Notes: a model not told the origin generated them from the sequence alone. Counted from the first letter of the stretch, positions 1 to 14,785 are shown. The stretch is DNA of 64,000 bases from Camelus ferus (GCF_009834535.1 NC_045697.1:89158001-89222000); one strand, 5' to 3'. Numbers and translations: made by a program.

Positions 1-19
1 CCATAAAACTTTCCAGTGT

Positions 20-185
20 CTGCATTATAACACTTACTGCAATGACTATAATTATTTATGTGTCTGTCTCTCTCAAAAAACTACACACTTCTTAAGAAAA
101 GGGGCAGGGTTTATTTTTCTTTAAATCTTCAAAGTTTGCACAGTGCTTGGCATAGGTGGGAGTTCAATGTTGATGAATGAATGGC
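20..185 (+). mobile_element. L2 LINE 3' end fragment
   Basis: gcacagtgcttggcataggtgggagttcaatgttgatgaatgaatg resembles the L2 3' terminus with its (TGAA)n tail. Confidence 0.6.
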
Positions 186-3100
186 TACATGAACTAGTAG
201 AAACTTAAGAATCCACTGCCCAATTATTATTCTGAAACACTTGCATTAGCTCAAGACTTTGCATATTTTAAAGCTCCATGAAAAAGGTGTCAGAGATACA
301 TTCATGATGCTCTATTAAAAGAAAGAATATACACTTTTTGTACTTTCAGTGAAATACCTTTTACAAAAGGTACTAAGTATTTTATTGCATAGGGGTACAT
401 AAATGTTGTGCTGCCCACCTTTTGACTAAAACATAATATAAAAATGTGGCATTGATAATTGTATAGGTGTCTACAAGGAAAGATTACCCCAAGTGACATT
501 GGAACTTCTCTGATGGTCTGTTAAGTAATCTGACATTTTTAGTGTGAGAAAAAAGTGTTAGGAGAGGTGTGCCACATCAGGAAATTGCCTGCAGGACTGG
601 CTTCATTCCTATTATCGAAAAATCAGAGCAGTCATATTACAGTATTTAAGTAGCTTCCCCTCTATACTTACCTTGAAGATGTAGTTTACAGTTACCCCTC
701 CTTCCCTAAAAAACTCCTTTTTCCCTAAATAGGAAAGAGAAGGGAAGAGAATATTTTTATGCTCTTTTTTTTTTTTTTAAGTTACTGATGTAATTTGGTT
801 AACTCAAGTGACTAACAAAGGGTATGGCTTGTATAGTTTAGATTACATTTAAGTTGCCAACATTAAAGGTAAAAAAATATATATATGAAAAAGAAAAAAA
901 TGCAAAGAGTGAAGCTTAATTTCTATCCCTAAAAGCTAGAAAGAGAAATATACTAAAAGCAAAAAGAGCACTTTGATTTAAGACAATGGAAAAAGAAAAA
1001 GGAATATTCTCCACATAAGTGGACAGATGCTCTAAACAGTCAGCTTTGGTTTCTGGATATTAGGAAAAAATGTTTTATAAGGCTTGGACTTCCTAGGTCT
1101 AATGAAGGATGATTTAGAAGGAGAAGCCAACCCCAGTCATCTTCCAACTTCACACTTCAAGAGCTGCCAATGTTTATGGTTAATGAGGTGGACTTGGAGC
1201 CATGCCCTTAATTACCTTGACCCTGTGAAATCCTGTTTCTTAAACGTTTTAAACTCATGACCCTTTGAAGCTTTCTTGTTCTGTGTATTTACAATAGCTA
1301 AGAAGACCCTCTCTTGTTTTTCTTTATGTACTTTGAATTATATATAAAAAAAAAACCTATGCGTCATAGATGCTTTTTCAATATATTTGGACTATTGGTG
1401 ATTTTGACATGAGTCTTTAGTGTGGATTTTGCACTATGTGTCACCTCTTAAAAGTGGGCTTAAAATATGAGAGCTGTATGTACAACTTGTAAGTTAGGGT
1501 AGTCTATATGAGCTGGCATGTTATTCGAGGTTCTTCATGAGTGTTATTGAAGGAATTCAGTAACATCAGACATACAGAAGACAGAAGGAAAGGCTTTAAA
1601 CTTATCTTCATATTTAGTTTTGTCTATCACTTGTACATTCATTATATGTACATATATTTTCACATAATTTCACTGAAATTTTTAATAAGCACACATTATT
1701 TTAGTTGGTATATCTGTGGTGGAGGAGAGGGCCTCTACTGTGGAACAGGATCATAATTTTAATTTTGCAGTTCAGTGGGTTTAAGAAATGTGTGGTTTTT
1801 TTCCACCTAGAATGTGGTATTATCAAAAATAGGATTGAGTGTAGTACAAATCAATTACTCTACTACTATTAGGAAAGTATACGAAATTGAAGACAAGAAA
1901 ATTTAATATGTATACTTGGAAACAGCAGAGAATAAACATTTTTATCTTTACTATTCTCTAGATTTTAGCTTATATACCATTACAAGATGTACTGGAATAT
2001 ATGACTCTTACTTAAAAGTATAACTAATTTAAGTGACACACACCCAATGAGGGGTCTGGTTACAAATTTTAAAATTGAATTACATTTACTGAATGCTTCA
2101 CAAACTTTCTGAACAGGACTGGGCCAATTTTGAGAAAACCTGTGCTGACTGATTATTTGAAGCAGAAGCCATGTAAGTTCATGGTTTCAAATGGATTCAA
2201 CTAGAAAGGAGACATAGCCCAGCAATTCTGCAAATGTTTAGTTTTACTAACATGAGAGTAATAGCCATGAATTGACATAATTCTTAAGTGAAACAGAAAA
2301 AAAAAGAAAAAAATTAGTCCCAACTTATATCAAATTTTGGACATCTATAAGATAGGAAATTTGATTTTAACTTGTTTCTACATTGGCATTAAATAGGATC
2401 ATCTAATCTAACTCTGTAGGTGTTTGAAGACACCTACATTCTGAAAGTATGTATGTTGCTACTATTCAATACATGCTAGATTCAGGCAATTCCTAGATGT
2501 ATGCACTTTAAATAGTACCAAAACACTTACTGTATCATTTTGCCTTGTATTGAGGACTTGGCCTGACACATCTCAGGAATCAGGAAACACATTTTGATTT
2601 TTCTTGGGACAAGATTTCAAATTGTGTAAGAAGTATCTTGGTAATTATTAAAATACAGATTTCTTCACTATACCCTCAGTGATTCTCATTCAGTATTTCT
2701 GGGGTAATAGAAAGCAATTTGCATTTTTGACAAATAACCCTAAACATTCTGATGGAGGTGATATGTTTAATATAATTGGAGCAACTCTGTCACAGCTAAT
2801 GTAAGAACCACATACAGTCCACTGTGCATGGTACTGAGGGTAGGGCAATAATGAAATGGTTACTTTATAAAAACTCAAATAGCTAGCAAAAAGATATTGC
2901 CAAATTTCTGCTTTTAAAAAACAATTTTGTCTTCCTGTGGAAAAACTATTTGCAGGATTGACAATAAGATTGAAAAATTACAGTTTTATGATAGCCTTAG
3001 TCTATGCTTTAGAATATTATATAGTAGAAGTAAATCTGTCTCAATGTTTCTGAATATTTTCTTTTTTTCAAATCACTCACCCTGCTCTTTCATACAACTA

Positions 3101-3825
3101 GCCCTAAGTGTATAATTGCCTTTGTGATCAGTTCAGCTCTTCAAGGGGTAATACTTCAAGCATTTAAGAACAAATACGGCCAGAGCAACTGTCAATCATA
3201 TAGACTCTAGACCCAGGCAGAATGAATGGAATGTACTAACTTTGGTCAGGGAACAAAAGGCCTGTCCTGGTGTCTGCCAGCTGAAGATCAGCCCACTGGC
3301 ATCCCAACCACGCCAGTCCACCTGCGCTTGAGAGGCTTTTGGGTTATTCTTGTTCTTGTTCAGTTTCTCATGAATCTAGATTTTTGTTTCTTTGTCGAAA
3401 AGAATTTCACTTACGAATTATACTATTTCCACAATACATTTGCATTTTGATAGATATATTCTTAGGATAAACAAAATAACTTAAGAAAGACGCTCTACTT
3501 GTCAAAATTTTTAGTACTGTGGCCTGCTAACTAGAAGGTAAGTTAGTATAAATGATATTGTTAGGTTTTTGTCTAGGAATTATTCATTTACTGAAAAAAA
3601 ATATTATGCCCATTTAACGCCAGAAACTGTATAGGATATGTAAATATAATTATAAACAATTTTGTATAAATAAAATTTTTATAAACAAATCCTATCTTTA
3701 CCCATTGACCTGAGTGTTACATGAGCAGGTATCATCACTTTGTGGGGTGGGGGGAAGGAATGAAAGAAAAGTTTTATCCCAGTGTTGCACCAGCTGCTGT
3801 AGAGACAAAGGGAGTCAAGAAAATA

Positions 3826-3898
3826 TTTTACTTCAAGTACAAGCATCCTTAGACTTCTAGAAGGAAGAAGTCTAAGGATGCTTGTACTCGAAATAGAA
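3826..3898. repeat. Inverted repeat / hairpin: perfect 23-bp arms with a 7-nt loop
   Basis: 3836-3858 AGTACAAGCATCCTTAGACTTCT is the exact reverse complement of 3866-3888; imperfect pairing extends to about 3826/3898. Confidence 0.95.
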
Positions 3899-4529
3899 GG
3901 TGTGCCCAGGTCTCCCCTTTGACTCTATCTTTAGCCTACATATTAACTACCCAATATTACAACATGGTAAGCTTTAAAGACCAAGTACCTCCTTCTGAAC
4001 CACAATGCACCAACCCTTTTCCCCTAAAACATGCAGTAGAAAAGCCTGATCGTCTCAGAGGGTAGAAAATCTAGCCATGCAAATAGAACATGACGGTATG
4101 TGAAACTCAACAGTTATTTGTAAAGCATAAACCATAGTCTTTTTGCTCTTTTAAATGACAAATATTTACTGTATTTTCTCAGGATAAAAACAAAAATAAT
4201 AAATGAGCACCTCTTTTCATCCTAAGAGATTTTAATGCTAGATGATGACATTGAGGATCAAAAACATAAGTGATTTGACTACATCTATATAACAGATTAA
4301 GGGAAGGAATAGTGACTTGAGAAAAACTTGTTGAATCTACAATTCAAGTTCTTATTTAGCACTATGCTACCTTTTTCAGGTTACATTCCAAGTACACCCT
4401 CAAGATGTGCTCCTAAAATTACATTTACATGCATGCTGTAAGATTTTTTATCTCCAGTTAAATGTTAAAATTTCCCCTTTTTCTTTTAGAAATAAAAACT
4501 CTTTTTTCCTTTATCTTATAGATTAATAT

Positions 4530-4748
4530 AGTAATAATCCCTATTTACTGAGTGTGTACTACAAGCTAAGTATTGTGTTCAACTGTTTCAAACATACTTA
4601 ATCTTTCCAACAGCACCGTCAAGTGTTATTATCTCAATCTAAAAGATGAAGAAAATATGGTTTAGGGTGGTTAAGTAAGTTATAGAATTGGTGAATGGTA
4701 AAAGATCTGAACCACATTAGTCGACTCCAAATTCCATGTTCTCAAACA
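4530..4748 (-). mobile_element. MIR SINE
   Basis: Antisense MIR core (attatctcaatctaaaagatgaagaaaat...ggttaagtaagt) and tRNA-like head remnant. Confidence 0.6.
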
Positions 4749-6889
4749 TTATTTTAAGAATTTGGAAAAATAAAAGTGGAAAGATGTGTAAGGAAAAAAA
4801 TGTGATGAGGTAGTCTGTAGACAAGAGAATAAAACCAGAAGTGTTAAAGTAAATCTTTTAAAATATATTTTCAAATAGCTCCCAAAGATCATAAACAAGA
4901 GAAAAAAAATTCTGAAAAATAATATAACAATGTAAAAAACCTTAAGTTGCATAAGTAACTAAACTAAAAAGAGAAAACAAGGGAGGAAAACTGAAATATT
5001 GGAGTCTTTTAAAAGAGGTAATAAGAGTTTGGAGATGAAAGCACAGGATGGGACAAGAGGGGAACAAAAAGAGCAGAGAGTTTAATGGGAACACACACTT
5101 TCCACATGAAGGTAACAAAGATGTTGGAAAATGAGGAGAGTCTGGTGCAATCCAAGACACAAAGGAAGAAAAGAAAGAGAGAGAACATGTCAGTGGTTTC
5201 ATATTTCTTTTGGCAACAAGAAGCTTCAGAATTACATCTGTTTTTCCGTTTCCCTTTACTTCTAGTACTGTTGGATTTGAAACTCCAAACCTCCAGTAAA
5301 TTCCATCCTATGCTTTGGTAATCTTGCATAAAACACAGAAAAGTGGAGGTATGATTTTTTAAAAATAAAGTCATGCTATCCCATTCTCCAAAATTGAGAA
5401 ATTGTGTTGTTAGGATTTCATTGTTTGGAATAGTAAAATTCGTCACCTTTTCTCATTCAAAGTAGGTGAAGGAGAAATGTCTCCATATAGGAGCCAAAGG
5501 CAACAACATTGACTTCAGTGCAAGAAACATTTAAGCTGAAATTGGTTATTTTCTATGTGTGTACATATTTGCACCTGGGAGCCTTAGGTGATAAAATTGG
5601 CAAGTAGAACTATGACTTCTAGAGAAAATCCTGGGGCCCTACTTCTCAGCACAAAATGGGCACTGGGACAATAACACCTGCATTTCAGTCTGTATATGAA
5701 TATCTTTGGGTCAGGAAATAGTATTTTTGGCTATAGCCTTTTTCAACATTCTCTTAGATGGCTGTGAAAATTCTCTGTGCAGAGAATGTATTCTACTTCA
5801 GAAGTCAAATAAATTAGAAAGACCTTCTTTCATGAACTTCATTTATTTAATGTAACTGGTGCTCACTACCTTTGCAACTTCGGACAAGTCACTTTCCATG
5901 GTCCCCTCTGTCTTCAATCTATCAATGTACTGTCTAAGGAAAGATAATTTATAAATTTGCTTAAGCTTGGTTATTATATTTACATATAATAACATGACTG
6001 AAATGAATGGTCAAGGAATAGGCATTAAATTTATTTTTAATAACTTTACTGTTTAAAGGATGGATGGGCTTCAACCATTTAATAACTAGGTGTATGTCAG
6101 TTATGCATTCAACAGTTGATTAAATTCTTAACATGGCAACCAAAAGAGCAAGCGAATAAGGATGTGCTTGTATTTCTGCTGCTGAATTCAGGATGCTTCC
6201 AATATTGGTTTCACACTTTGATGAAGGACTTGGGGACCCAAGTGTTGCTCCCTTTTCTCTTCTTTCTTAGTGACTGCTGCCCCAGAGGATCAAGGGGCAT
6301 GATGCTTACCACATTTAAATGCTTAATGGCACTCTGGAGTTTCCTTGCAATTTACACTTTAGAAAGCATAGCACTCTTGTAAATTTTAGAACTTACAAGT
6401 GTCCCTTTCCCCACAGGAGCCACTAATCTCACAGGAAGGGAAGGGGGGTGGAATCTCACACAGTTTAGAGATTTACAAGTCTGTGGTGAAGTTTCGGGTG
6501 TAAATTGCTGAAAAACCCAAGGGCATATTTAAATATTTAAAGTTAAGGGACACCTAGGTGTTCCTCCTGTTTGAAACTAATTAGATTGGGAGTTAGAAGG
6601 CGGAATAGGAAGATGCCTGGCCTTATCCCAAGATTTAAGCCTTCTGCCAAAATGAAAGGGAGAGTTCGTTAAGCTACCCAAGTCATATTTTGTATCAGGC
6701 ATTTAAGTTAAAGAGACAGAAGATTCTCAGAGCAGGCAGAACTTCTAAATTACATGAATGATTAATAAGAACAAAAACCTTACCTCTAGAATTTGAAAAT
6801 CTTCAATATTTAAGTGCTGTGATTGTGGCTTTCATAAATTATAGAAGTGGCTATATAAATTTATCATCTGTATTGAGACACTACTAAAA

Positions 6890-7003
6890 ATTAACAATTA
6901 TGCTAGGACATCAAAATTATTATGACTAGTAATGATTACGACAGCATAAGAGGTATAAACTGGGACTGCCCAGTGAAGACTGAGACATAAAAATGTTCCC
7001 TTA
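6890..7003 (+). mobile_element. MER94-like hAT-Blackjack MITE remnant
   Basis: taatgattacgacagcataagaggtataaactgggactgcccag...gacataaaaatgttccctta resembles the MER94 3' half. Confidence 0.45.
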
Positions 7004-7319
7004 TTAGGTTACACTTAGGAAGACATGGAAAGAATATTTATTAGTTACATTTTCTCTTTTCTAAGATATTAATGATGATTAGGTATTTTAGAATCTCAAG
7101 ATATACTTAAATTTTACAGCATAACCATTTAGGACTTTAAAATCTTCCATTTTTATTGCCTGTTAACTGACTATGTCCTATTGGACATTTCAGAGTAGAC
7201 ATCTTCCTTTTTAAGCTAGTTATATTAGAATGGTGCCAAAAGGTCATTTTGTCACGTAACCCAATCAGAATCAGAGAATTCAGTGGCCTCAGACAAAGGT
7301 TTCAGCCCCAGAGTATTGT

Positions 7320-7563
7320 ACAGTCCAGCAACTAAGAGCATTTGGAAGCATAAAGTCCTAGGTTTGAATGTCATCTTTGTCACTTAAGAGCTGTATGACC
7401 TGTGCAAATTATTTTGTTTCCTCATCTATAAAATTGAGATGATAATAATATCACTTATTTCTGAATTAAATGAACTGTTGTGTCAAATGAATAAGAACAA
7501 ACAGAACACTTAGCATTGTGCCTATCTCCAAGTTAATGTTCAATGAATGTAGGTATTGCTATT
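7320..7563 (+). mobile_element. MIR SINE
   Basis: ggtttgaatgtcatctttgtcacttaagagctgtatgacc...gtttcctcatctataaaattgagatgataataata is the MIR core. Confidence 0.8.
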
Positions 7564-8245
7564 TTGTATGTTTTTAATGACATTTAAAAAATCTCAATAA
7601 TATTATTCATAATTCTAGTTCAAAAAATTAAACCTTACTAATAAGCATACACTGAAAAACAACAGTCCTCTGCTCAAACCTTCCTCATCCTTGATTCACC
7701 CTCCTTTGATACTTTTGTTGTTTCTTCTCATATGTCTCTTCTCACTTCTAAATAATGCGCTTATATTTCAATTCCTTGATTTGTCAATTTTAGACATTTT
7801 TCTGTTACCTTTTTTTCAGCCCCATACTTTACTTTATGATCTCTAGTTTCTAATTCTCCCATCCCATATTTTCTGTTTTTGTGTGGCTGAATTGGCTTGC
7901 CTCTCATTGGTATTCTTCATTACATATATCATATTGGTACTCAGTTATTATGTATTTTTTCAATCATATATTTCTATATCTTTACTGTCATTGATTGGTG
8001 TCATGACGGACAGGAAACAGTAATGTGTTTAATTCAACCACATTCAACTAAGAATACCTTTGTTGATATTATTCACCATTCTTTCCTAAAAACTTTATTT
8101 CCACTGATAGTTAATGGTATATATGTTTCAGGTATACTGACATCACCTAGACTTAAGTTGTATTTGTGACTGTTTTGTGTTACACACTTCCACTTTTATA
8201 AACTATTATTTTTTGTAAGTTTTAAAATTTTCTATCTTTACTTTC

Positions 8246-8681
8246 TATAGTAGATTGAGCAGTGTCACCCCTCCCCTCAATTCGCATCCACAGGAACCTC
8301 AGAATGTGACTTTATTTAGAAATAGGGACTTTGCAGATGTAATTAAGGGAAGGATAAAGATGAGAGCATACTGGATAAGCATGAGTCCAAAATCCAAAGA
8401 ATGTCCTTATAAGACACAAAAGGACACACAGAGGACACAAGGAAGAAGGCCAAATGAAGAATGAGGCAGAGGTTGGAATTAAGCTGTTACAACCCAGAGA
8501 AGCCACAAGGAGCTGAGAAAGGAAGGAAAGGATTCTGTTTTAGAGCTTTCAGAGGGAGTGTGGCTCTGCTGACATCTTGACTTTGGACTTCTGGTCTCCA
8601 GAACTGGGAGAGAAAAAATTTCTGTTTTTATGAGCCAACAAGTTTGTCACAATTTGTTATAGCAGCTCAGTAAACTAATAC
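8246..8681 (+). mobile_element. MaLR solo LTR (MLT1B/C-like)
   Basis: cagaatgtgactttatttagaaatagggactttgcagatgtaattaag...ggacttctggtctccagaactg...aaactaatac. Confidence 0.85.
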
Positions 8682-11624
8682 GCTCTCCAATCTACAAAAA
8701 TAGCATTACTTCAAATACAACTTATCTCTCATTTGAACATCTCAACCTTTTCTCCAGTCAATTTTCCTCTCCAGTGAATTCTCTGTGCTGTTTACAATGA
8801 CACTGGCCCTTTGTTATCTGCCTTTTTAATCTTTCATTTTGACCAGGCTAGCCTCATTTATGGTGACCTCCTCTTTTGCTAGAGGTCACTTAAAACTGCC
8901 TTAGATTAAGACTAAGACACTTAATCAAAATGACTCTGACTGGATTTCCTCTCCTTTGAATTATCTGTTTTTCTTCCCACTAATTACACATCTCTTGAAA
9001 TTCTTTGATGTCTCAAGAAGTTGACCCAACTTACTAATGAGAGGAGATGGTATATATCCAGTCTAAACATGAAATTGTTTATCATATCATAAAAGTTATA
9101 TCTGGCTTAGTTTTACACATAAGACAAATACTTGTATATATTTCCATGTTAACGTCTCTAGTTACTTTATATTTTAGATTATTAATGTTGTAATATCCAT
9201 ATTGTAAACAGTTAAGAGTAAAATTATCAACTTCACATTTTAAATTCTTTCTAATAAGCTAATAATAAACCATAAGATGACTTGTTTTATAGATGCTAAT
9301 AAAAAACATTGAAAAAGTACATATAATTTTCCAGATAAATCTCAGGTTTTTTTGTTTGCAACAGCACAGATCAGAGCTAATGGCACTAGAATAATTAAAG
9401 TAAGCAATTATAAATCACTTTAACAATAAAAGTGCCATGCAAATGTTCAGAAATAACTATTCTCTCTAGACACAAAAAATCATGCGTATTTCAAAACCTT
9501 ATTTTAGTGAAACAAAGAGATATGTTATGTTACTAATGAGGTTATACTAGATTATTTGTTAATAAAGGAGCTAGAAATAGCTAGAAATGACTAGAATTAC
9601 GTTCTTTAATTTTTAAATTCATTTCAGTGGAAGAATAAGAATTCCCAAATGTTTGTGATGCTATTAAAACAGTAATATATGGTGGGTTTTTGTATAAGCG
9701 AACTTTTTTTAATAGAGCAAAATCCTCTATATTAGACAAAAATGCAATGCTTCTCATATATGGGCATTTAATTTCTTTTGTTGAGAAAATGTTTGTTTTA
9801 AAAATTAAATTGGTAATCAGTTGGTAAGTTTTTTGACCCCCAATGTCAGATCAAAAAATATAAATAAATCAGAAACCTCACATTTATTCATATTTTACTG
9901 ATAAATCCAATCCAAAATTCTGGAATCCATCCAGTTGAGGGAATTCTGGAACGTACCATATGACAATTGAGCTTCTTGCATATAGGAGAAGACAGGCAGA
10001 AAAGTTCAAAAACCCAGGTAAGGTGTTTTTAAAGCATAAGGTTTTGACATGCTCCTGAATTATAACAGGCTCATTACACGTGTAAGTATGCTGGATGTCT
10101 ACAACTTTAAAGTGTTTAAGAGTACAGAAGTACATTCCAGGAAATTACATTTCAGGACAAAGTAGACTTTTCATTGCTAAATTTTTCTAGCAATGAAAAT
10201 TCTAATCAGTTTGGTGACCTAGGTCTTTTACAAAATGAGCCAAATATTTAGATCAGAACTGCCCTGATGTAGATTAATTCTGTCATGATTTCATATCTAG
10301 TATTTTCAGTATGTCTCTTACTACAAATAATCACTCTTTCTAATATCTAACGCAATTTTAGCCCATATACACAAAGCTCCTCTTCATCACCATACCCCCC
10401 CACTCCCTCTGTCAATAGTAAAAGAAAGGCCATGAAATTAAATACAAAGCAAAATAAAACATAGAGCTCTGAAAGCACATCTGTGCTCCAATTTGGAAGA
10501 AAGGAACTCTCAAGCAGGAAAGTGCCAAATCTCATCTAAGTTCACATGAATAACTATCTCACTTTATTTATTTCATTTTTCTTTTTTTCATGTAAAATTT
10601 GCCACATTCTTTGAAATTGTACCATTTGGATATTAATTGTGATTAACAAGCTCCTCTTTGGAAAATGCTAATAGTTTGAAAGAAGAAAGGTGTTGAAAAT
10701 CTTTCCCAGATGAATGTGACTTAATTTAGCCATTTCCCATTTTATTTATTCAATGCACATTGTTTATTGTCATGCTCTGCTCCAAGCACTTTAGGGGAAT
10801 AGAGGGAAATGATCTGTTTCTGAGTGCAGTGTTGAAGCTCAGCAATGAAGACCTGCAACAGCACATTGGCCCTGTGCACATTCTAACACTGCGGGTCATC
10901 TATCACAATCTTCCAATACATTCAGGTATGTATCCATCGTCAGATAATAGTTAAGATAATTAATACATATATGGTTTTAAAACACTTTCAAGCTTATTTT
11001 CCCACTTTTCTTTCTGTCTTTTTTTTTTTACAAAATAGAAACTGTTTTAATATTAACTGTATTTCATAAGTGGGCAACATATGGCTCTGAAGACTATATA
11101 GATGATATGTTTGGAAGCCAGATTTTCTCATGCCAATTGTAGTGATTTTTCTCTGAGTTCTTCTAACTCTAAACTATGCCTTCAGATTCTGAGACTGGAC
11201 ATATCCCTACACATAGGAGAAAATGAACTGCTAGAAACAACAGACCAATGACAGTATCAAATCAGTCTTGCTATGGTGGCTTCTAGTACCTCCAAAGCTG
11301 CATTCACTTCTCTGTTCTTTGCATTCTGCTATTTACCTCAAGTATTCTGGGGTTGGATTCCTGCCCCTCAAATTTGGATTCTAGTATTTTTTGCTTAAAC
11401 ATTAATAATGCCATTTTCTCTTGTTCATCTTTCAATATCTAATTTTGAATTCCTGCTCCTCTAATTGTTGATACTTGCCCACTTCTTCAATGAAGAAACA
11501 CTCATGTTCAGCTTGAACACAAATACTTTTGGGTCAAAGCATTCATACATTTCTTTATTCTTTTTCCATGGATTTTTCTCCTGGTATCCCTATTTGATAA
11601 TCTTCAAAATAGCTAATCTCCATT

Positions 11625-11740
11625 TTCTCTAGCCTAAACTCTTTGATGCAGAAATTGTTCTTGTTTATCTTGTGTGTCCATCCTTTAGTATAGTGTTTGG
11701 CACAAAATTGATGCTCCAATACATATTTTTTTAATTAATA
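11625..11740 (+). mobile_element. L2 3' end fragment
   Basis: tagtatagtgtttggcacaaaattgatgctccaatacatattt. Confidence 0.45.
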
Positions 11741-11754
11741 GTAGTAACAACACA

Positions 11755-12008
11755 ACAATAACAGCTAAAGTTTCCATATTGTTTATATGTTGTCCATCAT
11801 TATTCTAAAAGCTTGAAATACAGTCTTCAATCTATCTTCATAAAAACTTTATGAGCTAATTACTAGTACTAGCTCTATTTTATAGGTAAGTACACAAAAA
11901 CACACGGTGATTAAGTAAATTGCTTAAGGTCACAAAATACATTAGTGGCAGAACCAGGATTTGGGGCCCAGAAGTCTGGTTCCAGAGTCTGTGATCTTAA
12001 CCACTCTG
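11755..12008 (-). mobile_element. MIR SINE
   Basis: ttaagtaaattgcttaaggtcaca...agtggcagaaccaggatttg...tctggttccagagtctgtgatcttaaccact. Confidence 0.85.
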
Positions 12009-13304
12009 AAAATGAAGGAATGAATGTTTACATGTTGACCTTTCTTTTAGTCCTAGGACTCTGACCACATTTAATGGACCACTCCAGTGCATGCGAATGG
12101 ATGCACACTTGAAGGCAGAAAAGGAGCACAGAGGCAAAGATGCTGACCTAAAGGAAAACTTCCTCTGTCACAATATTCTAACTAGTGTTGTACTTGACTC
12201 TACTTGTCCCTTCTCCCTCCTCTTGGTCCTTGATTCCTATAATCCATCACTTAGGTTATGTATTTCCAAAACACACGAGGTCTGTATTAGGCAAACCTAG
12301 AAAACTAACATTGTTTTAAGAGAAAATTCATTTTGAGTTCAAAAACATTCATAAATAAATTTTCAATGTCACATGTTCTCAAGTTAAGTCCTTGCCTGCA
12401 TAAACACACACACACAGCACACAATCTTATTGTTTCTTTTGAATTAGGAAGTCCTTCTTGCCATTTACAAACATGGTTTCCCTTTCCCAAACAAAAATTT
12501 CTATTACATAATTTTACTCTGAAAGTTTATAGCTAATAAATTGATTCAATACTGAGCTATTTATAGAAAGAGACGTCTAATAAAATCCAGCAAGAGCAAA
12601 GGAAGCAAAGCCTCTGAAAGTGAAATGAGATCATGAATGTCTTCCCTATAGACATTAACGAGGACAGTGAATGGGAGTGTGGTGTTTGGGCCATTTGGTG
12701 AAATACTGGGGACTTGTAATTAAATTTTTTCTTTTTGCTATCACAGAGGAAAAATAAAACATTTATATTGGGCTGAATCTGCTGGGCTCTAGAGGCTAAA
12801 TTGGATTTGTGATTTTTTTTTAAATTTTGGTGATGATGATGTTGGTACTAATTTCATTTTGGTTTTTAAATCCTCAAGGCCAAACACAGTGGACTTATAT
12901 AATCTTTGTCACCATTTAGAATCTGTTTGTTTGTAGTGATCCACACAGGAGAATGATAGTAGGAACATATTTGGAGGCTTTTCAGTGTAGACATTGTTCT
13001 GTAATATATAATAGGAATTAAAATTTATTATGCATTCTGTATAATAACACAGTCACCTGTCACAAGTATGCTTAAGGCTGTAGATCACTAAATATACCAC
13101 ATTGACTACAAAGGCATAAATCTTCAAAGGTCTATAAATCAGTTGCATAGCCAGGCATTTGGTAATAAAGAAAATCCATTTGTAGAGGAAAAAATGCAAA
13201 AGGAAAACAGCTCATTCATAACCATACAAAGACATGATTCGATTATTATCATAAAGTGTCTAATGATGTTTGCTTTGAAAGTAAAATGAGAAAAGCTACA
13301 TAAT

Positions 13305-13508
13305 ATCTTCCTCTGGATCCAGACTACCAGGGTCAGTTTCTATCATTTGTTATGATTATACTATAAGCAAATAACTATCTCTCTGTGCCTTAGCTCTTCC
13401 AAAAATCTGGAAATGGTGAGGAAGTGTGAGGATTAATCACGATAATATTTGCATAATGCATAGAACAAAGCCTGGGAAAAATAAGTCTTCCTTAAGTGTT
13501 AGTTATGG
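13305..13508 (+). mobile_element. MIR SINE
   Basis: ctctggatccagactacc...tctctctgtgccttag...gtgaggattaa...tagaacaaagcctgg. Confidence 0.65.
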
Positions 13509-14785
13509 GATAGTTTTTTTTTCTTAGAATTAGACATAATATAACAACCATAGTTCTAAAAATTCTGAAAATAGAAATCAACTACTCATAGCTTAATTTC
13601 TTGAAGAATATTGCATCAGAAACTAGAACTTTTGAATACCTCCAAATTAGCATGAAATCCTTTGATTCAAAAGGCGCACTGATATGTTTAAACTAAGTCT
13701 TTAAAAGTTATCAATTATTAAGTACTCTACATTTTCCATTTATAAAAGTTAAGACACTTAGAAAAATGATAAAATATAGATCTTTCCGTTTTTACAGATT
13801 TAGTGGGCATCGGTTAATCTTGGAGGGACTTTAGGGATGGTGGGTAATAAATGTTCTATTAATTCTGTCATTGAGGATATGAACTACTGAGTAAAGATGC
13901 AATGAATTTTAAACAGATCCACTATCCAAAAAACACAAACACACACACACTGGACATATATTCCATGTATTCATATATGGTAGCAGAAATTCAATGACAT
14001 GATAAACATATTCACACAACTGAAAGGAGTCCTCAGAATTGCAAAGTTATTATTGGGGTTATAGCCACTGGCCTGTTGGACTCTTAAGGATAAAAAAATG
14101 GGAGTGGAAGCAAGGAGACTGGCTCCTCCTGAAAGGAAAGCATGACGATTTCTCTGAATGACATGGTTCTCCCTATTCAGTCTCAGTGGTCAAAGCCAGA
14201 GACTGAGGGAAAAACAGATTTTTTCTACTTAAACTGTGAAAGGATGATTTAAAAAGGGCTATTGACTTGCTGCTGGGTATATGGCATCACAGAAAGCTGC
14301 TGACCTAAGGAAACAGAGACACAAAGGCACAACCTTTGACCAAGTACTGAGCCCAGCTGCCAGCTGGTTCTGTGATTGAATTTCTGATATCCAGGATATC
14401 TTCATGAAATGGAAACTGCCAAATGCCATTTTAATGAATGCATCTGGTCTGTGCTAGAAGAAAGCAATCTCAAAACTGCAGAAATGCGAGAGGGAAGAAA
14501 ATAATGAAAACACAAAATAAAATCAAAGGAAAACAAACAAACACATACACACACGCACACACACTCACCAATAACAACAAAATCAAAATCAAAATTGCCG
14601 AAACGTTCCCATTTAAAGTATGCCTACAAGTTAAAATTTCAAGAAATTAAATAATAAAAAAGATAGCATCAAATCAAGTAATGAAATTCATATTCACTCC
14701 AAGAGAAATTTATGTTAGAAAATTTAAAATAACTGGAGTTTGGATGCTCAAAAAGAGTCATACTACATATTAAAAATTACACAAA

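Noticed and set aside
3234..3345. TACTAAC branch-point word and a GC-richer stretch as an exon
   Set aside because: The first AG is too close to the branch site, there is no good donor and no recognisable peptide on either strand
8863..8889. 8-bp inverted repeat GTGACCTC/GAGGTCAC
   Set aside because: Short enough to arise by chance
9930..10025. Strong donor CAG|GTAAGG near 10017
   Set aside because: Stops occur in all frames from the nearest acceptor, and that acceptor is weak
10760..10954. ORF with a CAG|GTATGT donor near 10925
   Set aside because: No supporting polypyrimidine acceptor and no recognisable protein similarity
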